From the NCBI GenBank assembly GCA_039810425.1, contig JBDHWW010000012.1, positions 11,393-75,392 of the forward strand: DNA of 64,000 nucleotides. Direction: 5' to 3'. Shown here piece after piece: positions 8,603 through 22,074 of the stretch (position 1 is its first letter; each line of letters opens with the position of its first letter). The translations under genes were made by a program, and so were the position numbers. The notes below the pieces were generated by a model. The model was not told the DNA's origin. It saw only the letters and a program-made list of their open reading frames with translations, and ran no database searches. Source of the DNA: Pseudobdellovibrionaceae bacterium. GTDB lineage: Bacteria > Bdellovibrionota > Bdellovibrionia > Bdellovibrionales > Bdellovibrionaceae.

Positions 8603-9781
8603 CTAGTTGGCGAAAATGCTTTCAACAAATTCATGTGGGCTGAAGTGGCGGAGATCTTGGATGCGCTCGCCGACGCCGATGAACTTGATTGGGATTTGCA
8701 ATTCGTTCGCGAGGCCCACGGCTACGCCGCCTTTTGCAGTGCCATCCATTTTAGTCAAGATCGCGCCCGTCAAAGTCAGAGCTTTGTGGTATTCCTTCGC
8801 TTGAATCAAAGCGTTTTGGCCGGAGTTTGCATCGAGTACGATAATCACTTCGTGAGGTGCATCAGGAATAACCTTCGTCATCACGCGCTTCATTTTCTTG
8901 AGCTCTTCCATCAGGTTTTCTTGCGTGTGCAAGCGGCCTGCGGTGTCGATGATGACGATGTCATAGTTTTGACCCTTGGCTTTTGAAACCGCATCGAAAG
9001 CGACAGCACTTGGATCTTTCACCCCATCTGGAGAGAAGATTTCAACCTGCGCACGCTCCGTCCACACTTTCAACTGCCCACCAGCCGCTGCACGGAAGGT
9101 ATCACCCGCTGCCACGAGGACGCGTTTGCCTTGGCTCGCGAACTGCGCTGACAACTTACCGATACTTGTGGTTTTACCAGCACCGTTCACGCCAACGACC
9201 ATCAAAACTGTTGGACCGTCTTTAGAGAACTGCAAATCATTGCTCGGAAGATTTGAGAACACACCTTCCATTTCGGTTTTCAAAGTGTCGCGCACTTTAC
9301 CGAGATCGGCTTTTTCTTTGCGATTCATGTCCTCGAGAGCACCCATCAAGCGCTGAACTGTTTCAGGGCCCAAGTCGCTCGTGTAGAGAACTTCTTCGAT
9401 GTCTTCTAAGTGCGATGAGGCTTCGTTGGCTTTAAAGAGATTCTTGATACGACCGAAGATGTTTTCTTCTGTCGCTCGAAGGGCCTTCTTAAGATCGACT
9501 TCTTTTTCTTCAGCAACGGGAGCTGGCGCCGGCGCTGGAGCCGCGGCTTTAACCGGAACGGCTTCGGGCTCTGGCTTTGCGGCTTCTTTCAGTTGTTCTG
9601 AAAGTGGCTTTTCTTGAGTTTGGGCGATTTGCTCCGCCGCTTTTCTGGCAGCAGTATCACGTGGGTTTTCGCCTTTGTTTCTTAGGAGGAAGTACCAAAG
9701 CGCGATAAAGATCAGAGTAAAAACAACGCCGAGGAGTCCAAAGATGGCGATCACATGGTCTTCATTCACATTTTGAAACAT
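8603..9781 (-). CDS. ftsY: signal recognition particle receptor FtsY with N-terminal TM helix
   Basis: GVNGAGKTT, DTFRAAA, DTAGR, TKMDGTAKGG motifs; ATG at 9781. Confidence 0.96.
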   Translation of the reverse strand: MFQNVNEDHVIAIFGLLGVVFTLIFIALWYFLLRNKGENPRDTAARKAAEQIAQTQEKPLSEQLKEAAKPEPEAVPVKAAAPAPAPAPVAEEKEVDLKKALRATEENIFGRIKNLFKANEASSHLEDIEEVLYTSDLGPETVQRLMGALEDMNRKEKADLGKVRDTLKTEMEGVFSNLPSNDLQFSKDGPTVLMVVGVNGAGKTTSIGKLSAQFASQGKRVLVAAGDTFRAAAGGQLKVWTERAQVEIFSPDGVKDPSAVAFDAVSKAKGQNYDIVIIDTAGRLHTQENLMEELKKMKRVMTKVIPDAPHEVIIVLDANSGQNALIQAKEYHKALTLTGAILTKMDGTAKGGVAVGLANELQIPIKFIGVGERIQDLRHFSPHEFVESIFAN

Positions 9782-9783
9782 GG

Positions 9784-13622
<3,839 letters not shown>

Positions 13623-13919
13623 TTTACTGTCCCCTCAAAATATCCCCGGCCTGTATGCCGAAATAGTAACAAGTCCGCCCAGCAAAAGACGGCAAGTCTT
13701 TGGTCGAGTTCTTCCAAAGACCCAATAACTGTCGCTAGGGATTGAGACCGTGTCAATCAAAGCCTACTAAACAGCCTTCGCAAGCTGAAAAGTTCAGCAG
13801 AGTTAGTGGCCGATTGCGCAATGCGTTTACTGCGCCGCCATGTGTACCTCTTACTTACCAACACTCTGCCCGCGAAGAAAGGGCGCCAGGACAAGCCGCA
13901 GCCCATCCCCAGGGCTCTG

Positions 13920-16900
13920 TCAATGCGTGATCTCTTTTTCAGAAAGCGGCATCGGCTTCACGTCTTCGCCGAGAATTTTGAGAGCTTCCTGTAAATCCTT
14001 TTCGTGGCGATGACCCTCCAGACGATGAGTCAAGCTATAGGCACAAGGGACCACCAACAAAGTTAAGAAGGTCGATACAGTCACACCTCCCACTACCGCA
14101 ATACCCATTGGACGAATGACCTCAGAGCCCGAGCCTGTTGCAAAGGCTTCAGGAATGGCGCCCGCAATTGTTGCAATCGACGTCATCAAAATCGGGCGCA
14201 GACGTAAGGGACAGGCCTCGAGCAAGGCCTCGGTGACTTCTAAACCTTCTTTGCGTTTACGATTGGTAAAGTCCACAAGCAGAATCGAGTTCTTTTTTAC
14301 GATCCCCATCAGCAGCAACATGCCGATCAAGCTGTAGATGTTGATAGACGTATCCGTCAACCACATCCCGAACAAAGCGCCTGTGATCGAAAAAGGTAAG
14401 GCCAGCAAAATCACCACCGGATGCAAGAAACTATTGAATTGGCTCGCAAGAACCATGTAGGCGACAAAAATCCCCAGCACCAATGCCACCATCAAACTGC
14501 GGAAGGATTCGGTGAAAGCCTGCGAACTTCCCGACAGCAGCAGGTGATAACCCGGCGGCAACACTTCTTTTCCGAGTTTTTCAACGTAGGCCATCACCTC
14601 GGCCTGAGACTTTCCTGGGACAAAGTTCCCGAAAACACCGATGGCCCGTTCCCGGTTGTAGCGAGTGATGGTTAAGAGCGTGCTGCTATCTTTGATTTTT
14701 ATCACCGCCGCCAAAGGCACGATTTCCCCTTGGGCATTGCGCACCCAGATTTTTTTAATATCGTCGGCGGTCAGATTTTCCCCGGGATCGAGCTTGATCT
14801 GGATGTCATCGCGGTGACCGGCAGCATCGGTGTATTTATTCGGCAGAAGCTTCACCCCGCCCACCATGGCGGCCACCGCATTTGAAATGGTTGTAACACT
14901 CACTCCCCGCGTCGCGGCCGCATCGCGATCCGGAATGATTTCGGACTGAGGCATATTCGGATTGTAATCACTATCCACATCCGCCATGTATCCAGAAGCT
15001 ACAAGACGCTTACGCATTTCTAAAGAAAGCTCCGCAAGTTTATTCCAATCCGGGCCTTGCAGCTCAAACTCGACCGGATAGCCGCGCTGGGCGCTAAAAC
15101 CAGTGAGTGACAAATCGAGAATCGCCACCCGCTGAACGCCTTGGATTTTTGCAAGCTCTGCGCGCAGATACCCCATAAACTCTTGCTGCGTAGGACGCTT
15201 CTTAAACGGCGCCGCCACGGGCCGATCGCCGGGATCCTTCATTGTGATAAATGAAATCCCCTGATTTACCAAGCCACCGCCAAAGCCCCCCACCGCCACG
15301 TAGTAAGCATCGATTTCCGGGCGGGATTTATACAGAACTTCGGCCCGGCGAAAGACCGCGTCAGTGTAAGAAATCGACGAACCCATTTCAGTGTAAAGTG
15401 TTACCAGGAAACGGCTTTGATCTTGTGGCGGCAAAAATTCTTTTCTTAGGCCGCCGACCGTGAGCAGCGACACGATAAAAAACCCGGTCGCAATAGCCAA
15501 CACCGTCCATCGCCAATTCAAACAAAGACGCAAGATTTTTTTATAAAAGCCCGAGAGGAATACCGTCCCCTGACTGACTTTATGGGTGACCACGTTCTCA
15601 CGCCCGACCTGCAGAAACTGCGAACAGCGCATGGGCGCTAAGGTCAGGGCCTCGAGCAGCGATAGTGAAACGGCGGTCGCCATCGCAATACCGAATTGAA
15701 AGAAGAACTTACCAATTATCCCCTGCATGAAGACTACAGGTACGAAAATCGCAAGAATCGCCAAAGAAGCCGCCACTGCGGCGCCAGTGATTTCGCGGGC
15801 CCCGACAAGGGCCGCCAACACACGGTTTTTACCTTCTTCAAAGTGGCGCGTGATATTCTCTAGCACCATGATGGCATCATCCACCACGATTCCCACCGAA
15901 AGCGACAGCGCCATCAAAGTGAAGGTGTTGATCGTAAAACCGAGAAAATGCAAAATTAAAAACGAACCGACCAATGAGACCGGGATCGCCAAGATCACGT
16001 TAAAGGCCGAACTGAGGTTTCCAAGGAACAGATAACACACAAGCGCTGTCAGCAATACGGCCATTCCCAGAGTGCGCAACAGCTCCGCAATGGCGTCTTG
16101 GATAAACACCGTCGTATCGGCAACGACCGCCATCTCGGTCCCCTTAGGCAAGGACGGAGCCAGCTGTTTCAGTTTCTTTTTCACGTTGTCGCCGATTTCA
16201 ACCGCGTTGGTCCCATGCTGTTTGATAACCCCCACCCCGATCGTCGGCTGAATCCCGTCATAGCGGGAAATTCTGCGGACTTCATCAGTGGCCTCTTCGC
16301 AGGTCGCGACCTGTTTAATGCGGATTTGCCGCCAAACGGGCAAACCCAAGCGAGTCGGAATCGTGAGGTTGTTACATTGCTCAGCGTTTGTAAACTCAGA
16401 CTGCAGCCGGATGAAGTTTTCTTTCTCGCCTAAGTCCTGATAACCCGTTGGAACGAGCTGATGCTCATTGTTAATCGCCGCGATAACATCATCGGAAGTG
16501 ATTTCCAGATCATACATTTTTTTTGAATGCAGCCAGATTCTCATCTGCGGATCGACATAGCCTCCGATTGCCACGTCCCCCACTCCGGTGATGGTTGTGA
16601 TGGTGTCTTTCAAATGATCGCGCACAAACAACGCCAGTTCGCGCAATGTGCCCGTGTGGCTATAAACCGCCGTCCACATAATCGGCTGATCGTTAGGATT
16701 GGTTTTCGTGATGATCGGTGGATCAATGGTTTGTGGTAAGTTCTTTTGTGCCTGCGAGATCTTGGTTTGAACTTGTTGAAGGGCTACATTGATATCCTGA
16801 TCCAAATGGAATTGAATCACAATCTGTGTCGAGCCCAACTGCGAGGCCGACTGCACGTGATCAACCCCGTCGACACTCATCACGGCATCTTCGATCACGT

Positions 16901-17093
16901 CGGCTACGGAGGACTCCATCACATCGGGCGAAGCGCCAGCCCAAGTAACCGTCACGGTCACCACTGGAAAATCCACATCTGGCAATTGGCTGATCCCCAT
17001 TAAAAAATACGAGATCGTACCAAAGACTAAAAGCCCCACCATCAGCATCCACGCAAAGACAGGCCTTTTAATCGAGATGTCTGAAAGAGTCAT
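13920..17093 (-). CDS. RND efflux permease (AcrB/AcrD/AcrF family), copy 1
   Basis: 1057 aa; RPVFAW N-terminus, GIVVDDAIMVLENI, GIVKKNSILLVDF, RLRPILMTS. Confidence 0.95.
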   Translation of the reverse strand: MTLSDISIKRPVFAWMLMVGLLVFGTISYFLMGISQLPDVDFPVVTVTVTWAGASPDVMESSVADVIEDAVMSVDGVDHVQSASQLGSTQIVIQFHLDQDINVALQQVQTKISQAQKNLPQTIDPPIITKTNPNDQPIMWTAVYSHTGTLRELALFVRDHLKDTITTITGVGDVAIGGYVDPQMRIWLHSKKMYDLEITSDDVIAAINNEHQLVPTGYQDLGEKENFIRLQSEFTNAEQCNNLTIPTRLGLPVWRQIRIKQVATCEEATDEVRRISRYDGIQPTIGVGVIKQHGTNAVEIGDNVKKKLKQLAPSLPKGTEMAVVADTTVFIQDAIAELLRTLGMAVLLTALVCYLFLGNLSSAFNVILAIPVSLVGSFLILHFLGFTINTFTLMALSLSVGIVVDDAIMVLENITRHFEEGKNRVLAALVGAREITGAAVAASLAILAIFVPVVFMQGIIGKFFFQFGIAMATAVSLSLLEALTLAPMRCSQFLQVGRENVVTHKVSQGTVFLSGFYKKILRLCLNWRWTVLAIATGFFIVSLLTVGGLRKEFLPPQDQSRFLVTLYTEMGSSISYTDAVFRRAEVLYKSRPEIDAYYVAVGGFGGGLVNQGISFITMKDPGDRPVAAPFKKRPTQQEFMGYLRAELAKIQGVQRVAILDLSLTGFSAQRGYPVEFELQGPDWNKLAELSLEMRKRLVASGYMADVDSDYNPNMPQSEIIPDRDAAATRGVSVTTISNAVAAMVGGVKLLPNKYTDAAGHRDDIQIKLDPGENLTADDIKKIWVRNAQGEIVPLAAVIKIKDSSTLLTITRYNRERAIGVFGNFVPGKSQAEVMAYVEKLGKEVLPPGYHLLLSGSSQAFTESFRSLMVALVLGIFVAYMVLASQFNSFLHPVVILLALPFSITGALFGMWLTDTSINIYSLIGMLLLMGIVKKNSILLVDFTNRKRKEGLEVTEALLEACPLRLRPILMTSIATIAGAIPEAFATGSGSEVIRPMGIAVVGGVTVSTFLTLLVVPCAYSLTHRLEGHRHEKDLQEALKILGEDVKPMPLSEKEITH

Positions 17094-17099
17094 AGGTTT

Positions 17100-18458
17100 C
17101 TACTTTGCTCGGCAAAGCTCCATCAAAGGAACAAGTTTATTGGGATGAACTATACGACGGATCACCCCACCGCCGCCGATTTGTGAAACTTTACACGCGC
17201 GAATACCGGCGAACTTGTCTAAAATCAAAGAACGATTCAGTGTCACACGCTGCGAGTCCAGATCGATCTGCGCCTGTAAGCGCGTCACGGATGCCTGGGC
17301 CAGTGAGTTCGCCGCAGTCAGAACATGCAGAAGGTCCGTGGTTCCTAAAGTATACTGAGTCAAGTACGCGTTATAGGCCCTCTTGAAATTGTTTTCGGCG
17401 TCCGTGGCTGACGCCAGTTGCAGTTTCGTCGAACGCACCGAGGCCAGTGCGGATTCAAGAATCTGCGCTTGCTCTTGCACCACCGCCTGACGGCGCAAGT
17501 ACATGTCTTGAATGTTGAGATTGCTCAAGGTGATGTTAGGAAAGTAACCAAAGCCAAAATTAAACGACCCTTCCCCGGCAACTCTTCCGAAGGAAACTCC
17601 TCCGCCTTGGCCACTGCTTTGGGCGCTGACCGTGGCACCGTTAAAGAAACTAAAAACTTTGCTCCACTTATCTGCCTTGGCTGCTAAAATGAGCGCATCA
17701 ATTTGCGCCATTTCCGGCGCTTTCTTTAAAACTTCCGGCAACAAGCTCTCGGCGTCGGCGTTCTCATATCGGTCAACCTGGTCCGGATGAAGGAGATCAA
17801 AACGGATGTCAACACTCAAATCAAGCCCCAGCATTTGTCGAATGGAAGCCCGTTCTTGCGCGATCAACTCTTCAAACTGCCCCACTTGGGTTTTCATCAT
17901 TGAGGTCTGCGCTTGAGCCGAATAGAGGTCCGTGATCGGGCGAAGCCCCAGCTTCACCGCCAAATCGACGTTATTTTGAATGTCTAAAAGATTTTTATAC
18001 TGAGAGTACAAAACGTCTTGCAAAGCAAAATCACCAACAATGGTCATGTAAACCGAATAGGCCGAAGCATATTCGTTGAGTTGCAAAATATAGTAGGACT
18101 TCACTTCAGCATTCAGCAAGTACTGGCTTTCGCGCAGATTGATCCAATTGCTAGGTAGAAGGAATGGCAACAAAAACACCGCAGAGGCGAGATAAAAACC
18201 GCCGCCACTGATTCCCGCGCCAAGATTCAACGAAGGCAATAACTGTGCCCTGGCAAGGTCGACATTCACTTTTGCCTTGTAAACATTATTGAGCTCTTGA
18301 AGCAGATTGTTGTTCTGCGCCAGAAGTAAAGTTTGTAAGGATTGTGGATTAACCCGCACGGTTTTCACCGCTGCCGGCGTCATCTCGTCAACTGCAAAAA
18401 CGGGTTGCACTCCCAAACCCAAAGCCAATACACACGGAATGATTCTTCTCTTAAACAT
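17100..18458 (-). CDS. TolC-family outer-membrane protein (divergent)
   Basis: ATG 18458 after GGGGG; signal peptide; ARAQLLPSLNL and YTLGTTDLLHVL OEP-repeat motifs. Confidence 0.8.
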   Translation of the reverse strand: MFKRRIIPCVLALGLGVQPVFAVDEMTPAAVKTVRVNPQSLQTLLLAQNNNLLQELNNVYKAKVNVDLARAQLLPSLNLGAGISGGGFYLASAVFLLPFLLPSNWINLRESQYLLNAEVKSYYILQLNEYASAYSVYMTIVGDFALQDVLYSQYKNLLDIQNNVDLAVKLGLRPITDLYSAQAQTSMMKTQVGQFEELIAQERASIRQMLGLDLSVDIRFDLLHPDQVDRYENADAESLLPEVLKKAPEMAQIDALILAAKADKWSKVFSFFNGATVSAQSSGQGGGVSFGRVAGEGSFNFGFGYFPNITLSNLNIQDMYLRRQAVVQEQAQILESALASVRSTKLQLASATDAENNFKRAYNAYLTQYTLGTTDLLHVLTAANSLAQASVTRLQAQIDLDSQRVTLNRSLILDKFAGIRACKVSQIGGGGVIRRIVHPNKLVPLMELCRAK

Positions 18459-18589
18459 ATCGCCCCCGCGTTGGAGATTGGGACGATTTTCCATCACTGT
18501 CAAATCCGGCTTATATCCTGAAAACGCGAAGAAATAGTGACGTCTTGCAATTACAAAGTTGTGCTAGCGTGAACCCACAAGGACATTAC

Positions 18590-19903
18590 ATGAAGAGCTT
18601 TTTCGTCTTAAGCATGCTTTTTCTATCGGTGGCCCGAGCCCAAGCACCGGTACAGGACCTGAGCATTCACGATGCGGTTCAGCTTGCTATACAAAACAAT
18701 CCTGCTTTCCGTGAGTCTGTCGAGAAAATCACACAGGCTGAGACGGAAGTTCCTCTGGCCAGAGCCCTGATTTTTCCCACTCTCGCAGCGGTTGGGGATG
18801 CACAGCGGGTTAAAGACTCCAATCTCGGTCAGAATCCGCGCTTTGACGGCAAACCTTTCAATCAATATGACGCGTCCTTAAAGTTGACACAAATTATTTT
18901 TCAAATGGGAACTTTGTCGGGCATCAGTGCGGCACAAAAAGATGCGAGCATTAGCAAACTCAATGCGCAAATATCAGCCCGCAACCTGATGAACTTAACA
19001 ATTCAAGCTTACTACCAGGTGGTGCTGAGCTCACGCAATATTGAAACTCTTCTCCGTCAACAACGGATCGTAAGGGAATCCCTGGATGTTGCCCAACACA
19101 GGGAGCGTAACGGTCGTGGTCAGGTCCTAGATGTCCTGCAAGTAAAAACGCAGCTGGCACTCCTTGACGGCCAGATCGCCACGGCCCGCAATCAACTGGC
19201 AATTGCGGTTGCGAGCCTCGCTAATACCATCGGAGGAGCCACGCAAAACATGATTCGCGTCAAAGATCATCTTGAGGCTCCGGATATTCCTGATGTCGAT
19301 CAGGATGTGGATCTAAAGAACTACACAATTCCTGAAATTGAATCGGATCTTCTTTCAATCCAACGTCTTGATGACCAACGGCAGGTGATGTGGGGGCAAA
19401 ACCTGCCTAATATAAGTCTTTTCGGTAACTATAATTTTACCAACTACAAGCAATCCGATCTCTTCGATGACAGCGCGAACTCTTGGAGCTTTGGCTTGCA
19501 GCTGACGATTCCCCTTTTCTCGGGCCTCTCGACGATTTATCAAAACCGCTCTTTACTGTCACAGCGCCTGCAATTGGAGTTCGATAAGAAAAATGTCGAA
19601 AACCAAGTGGCCTATCAACAGATCACCAGCCGCAAAAACCTTGAAACCGCCAAAGATTCCATTTCCACCGGCATCGACGCTCTTAAGTTGGCGGAGGCTT
19701 CCTCGAATGAGGCCCGCCGTAACTACCGTAATGCAACGATCGACTTCGTTCAGCTTTTAACGGTGGAACAATCCTTTGTTCAAGCAGAGCAAACTCTCAA
19801 CTCCTCTCGCTATAATTACATTACGGCATTGGCAAATTACTATGCGGCCTCAGGGCAGGACATGGCCAAGCTTGTGGCGCTGTTAGAAAGGACCAACAAA
19901 TGA
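18590..19903 (+). CDS. TolC-family outer-membrane efflux protein
   Basis: signal peptide; AIQNNP, FPTL, LQLTIPLFSG, YRNATIDFVQLL OEP-repeat motifs. Confidence 0.92.
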   Translation: MKSFFVLSMLFLSVARAQAPVQDLSIHDAVQLAIQNNPAFRESVEKITQAETEVPLARALIFPTLAAVGDAQRVKDSNLGQNPRFDGKPFNQYDASLKLTQIIFQMGTLSGISAAQKDASISKLNAQISARNLMNLTIQAYYQVVLSSRNIETLLRQQRIVRESLDVAQHRERNGRGQVLDVLQVKTQLALLDGQIATARNQLAIAVASLANTIGGATQNMIRVKDHLEAPDIPDVDQDVDLKNYTIPEIESDLLSIQRLDDQRQVMWGQNLPNISLFGNYNFTNYKQSDLFDDSANSWSFGLQLTIPLFSGLSTIYQNRSLLSQRLQLEFDKKNVENQVAYQQITSRKNLETAKDSISTGIDALKLAEASSNEARRNYRNATIDFVQLLTVEQSFVQAEQTLNSSRYNYITALANYYAASGQDMAKLVALLERTNK

Positions 19904-20616
19904 CGGGCATGAAGTCCTTACTGATATTCTCGTTATGGATCGTGGGATCAAGGACGCTGGCAGCGACTAAAACACCCACAAACATCGTCGTGCCCATTCC
20001 GCAAAGCGAGATCGTCTATCCGGAAAGTTTGGCGACTCCACCGCCGCCGATCACAAACTATTTTTTTCAGCTTCAAGTCTCGTCATGGGCTCCGAACCAG
20101 ATCCTCCAGCCCAGTTACCTGCCAAACACAACGGACTTCAAAAGCATTTCACCGCAGTTTTCCCTGCTGATGGGAAGCCCCCTGAGCGAAGGTGAGTCCG
20201 TTCGCTGGACCACGCTCATGGGTGTTTCCTATGTTGAAATGCAACGCTCAGGAACTCTCGGTTATGACGTGAATGCGTTTACGGTGTCGCAAAATCTAAA
20301 TCTGTATCAGATACAACTCGGAGTGGAAGCGACTTTTAAAAAAATATTTAAAGATCAACTGCATCCTCTATTCGGCCTGACTTTAAATCCGGCTTGGAGC
20401 CAAGCCCCCGCCTCGGAGTTTAACGATGGCATTAGTCAAGTGGATTGGCTCGTGCGTGTGATGGCCGGTGTTTCCTGGAGCTTTCCTAAATTTGCGGCTT
20501 CCATCGGCCTTACAGACACGTCTCTTTTATTTGGGGCGGAAGCCACTAAAAGTATCAGTGCCGAGGACTACTCCGGATCGGGATTGTGGATCGCGACCCG
20601 GATGAATTGGCACTAA
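19900..20616 (+). CDS. hypothetical exported protein, predicted outer-membrane beta-barrel
   Basis: ATGA-type overlap with tolC; signal peptide; amphipathic strands; C-terminal LWIATRMNWH. Confidence 0.6.
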   Translation: MTGMKSLLIFSLWIVGSRTLAATKTPTNIVVPIPQSEIVYPESLATPPPPITNYFFQLQVSSWAPNQILQPSYLPNTTDFKSISPQFSLLMGSPLSEGESVRWTTLMGVSYVEMQRSGTLGYDVNAFTVSQNLNLYQIQLGVEATFKKIFKDQLHPLFGLTLNPAWSQAPASEFNDGISQVDWLVRVMAGVSWSFPKFAASIGLTDTSLLFGAEATKSISAEDYSGSGLWIATRMNWH

Positions 20617-20640
20617 AGAACTAATTATAAGGAGTCTTTT

Positions 20641-22011
20641 ATGAAAACCCTTCTCTTCATTCTCCTCGCCTCGGCCCTAGGGCTGCAGGCTTGCAGCAAA
20701 GATCAATCTTTGGATGATTACAAACAAACCCGCCTCGATCAGAATTTAGCTCAGCTCCAAGCCGTTCAGGGACGTTATTCAGGCATCATGACTTCCAAGC
20801 GAACTGGAAAAACTCTGGGGGCTTTGCAGTTAACTTTGAAAGCCACCACGCAAGTTCAACCGAGCCCCGATGAGTCGAAAGCCACCGCCCAGCCGATACT
20901 CGTTGCCAATGTCGACTTTCAAGGTGCCTCCCGCATTTCAGTCGTCGCACAGAATAGTTATTTTGATCCCAATAGCGGTAAGTTCCAGGCCAATATCCCC
21001 GTTCAAGAAACGGATGCCTCTGGACAAACGCAAACTGAAAACATCAGTATCACGGGTGCTATACAAAACGGCGCCCTCTCAGGAACTCTGGAGGCCGCCG
21101 GCTATTCAGATTATGGCAGCACCTTTCTGTTAGCAAGAGACGGCCGGGACATTGGATCGCTTGCCGGCGAATCCGATATCGACCCGAGCACGGTGTTTAC
21201 GCAAAAAAACTATGTGGGCACGACCGACTTTGCCAATGGGACATCAAAGGCAGTGGTGATGATTTTACTAAAGCCGCCGACGACTTCGGAAATTGACTTT
21301 TTAAGTCTGCTGACACCTGAACGCGCACTTCAGATCAATCTCAACTACGGAAATGGTGCCCATGTTATTTTTAACAACGGCACCTGGGATCAGCGCACAG
21401 GAAGCCTCACTGGCCAAACGCCCCTGTCGCGCACTCTGATTCCTGGTGACAACACGAGCACCCAAACGGTCACCTTGTACTTGAATCCTTGTCAGATGTC
21501 CCAAGACACGACTCGCGTTGATTGCACGATCTCGACCAGTAGCTCACAAGGCCCTGTCGCGCATTTACAGCTGCAAGCAAGCTCCACTTCGAACTCAGAA
21601 CCGCCCGCAGATAAAAATGGCCAAATCGATGCGATCATTCGCGTCTATAACGGCACCGCCCAGTTAACTCCGGGAGCTTCCTGGATTCCAGCGACGATGA
21701 ATGTCGTCGATCCGGCGCAAACACGCATGCAAGAGATCACGGATCTGCTCTTTCCTCCGTCAGAGAAAATCTTGCAGGTGTCTATTTCGTTTCCGGGAGC
21801 TCAAGTCGGCATCAGCTTTCCGGCAACAAAGTGGGATGTGAACCGGCAAACGTTGGATGGGAACCAGACCATGGTTGTCGATAATCAGTCCAACAACCTT
21901 TCGCTGTCCTGTCAGAACTTTGGCTTCTCGGCCAGTCAATACTCTTTTACTTGTACGTACATAAGCAGTCTCAGGAGCACTTATGTCCAATTTAAGTTTG
22001 CCTCCAATTGA
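20641..22011 (+). CDS. lipoprotein with three tandem beta-rich repeat domains
   Basis: AAGGAG SD; lipobox LQAC; internal repeats Y-x-G...(F/W)D. Confidence 0.75.
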   Translation: MKTLLFILLASALGLQACSKDQSLDDYKQTRLDQNLAQLQAVQGRYSGIMTSKRTGKTLGALQLTLKATTQVQPSPDESKATAQPILVANVDFQGASRISVVAQNSYFDPNSGKFQANIPVQETDASGQTQTENISITGAIQNGALSGTLEAAGYSDYGSTFLLARDGRDIGSLAGESDIDPSTVFTQKNYVGTTDFANGTSKAVVMILLKPPTTSEIDFLSLLTPERALQINLNYGNGAHVIFNNGTWDQRTGSLTGQTPLSRTLIPGDNTSTQTVTLYLNPCQMSQDTTRVDCTISTSSSQGPVAHLQLQASSTSNSEPPADKNGQIDAIIRVYNGTAQLTPGASWIPATMNVVDPAQTRMQEITDLLFPPSEKILQVSISFPGAQVGISFPATKWDVNRQTLDGNQTMVVDNQSNNLSLSCQNFGFSASQYSFTCTYISSLRSTYVQFKFASN

Positions 22012-22074
22012 GGAAGACCGATTTGGCATTTTGACATTGATGATCAGGATCATCCTGCGCACGATACGCGGCAT

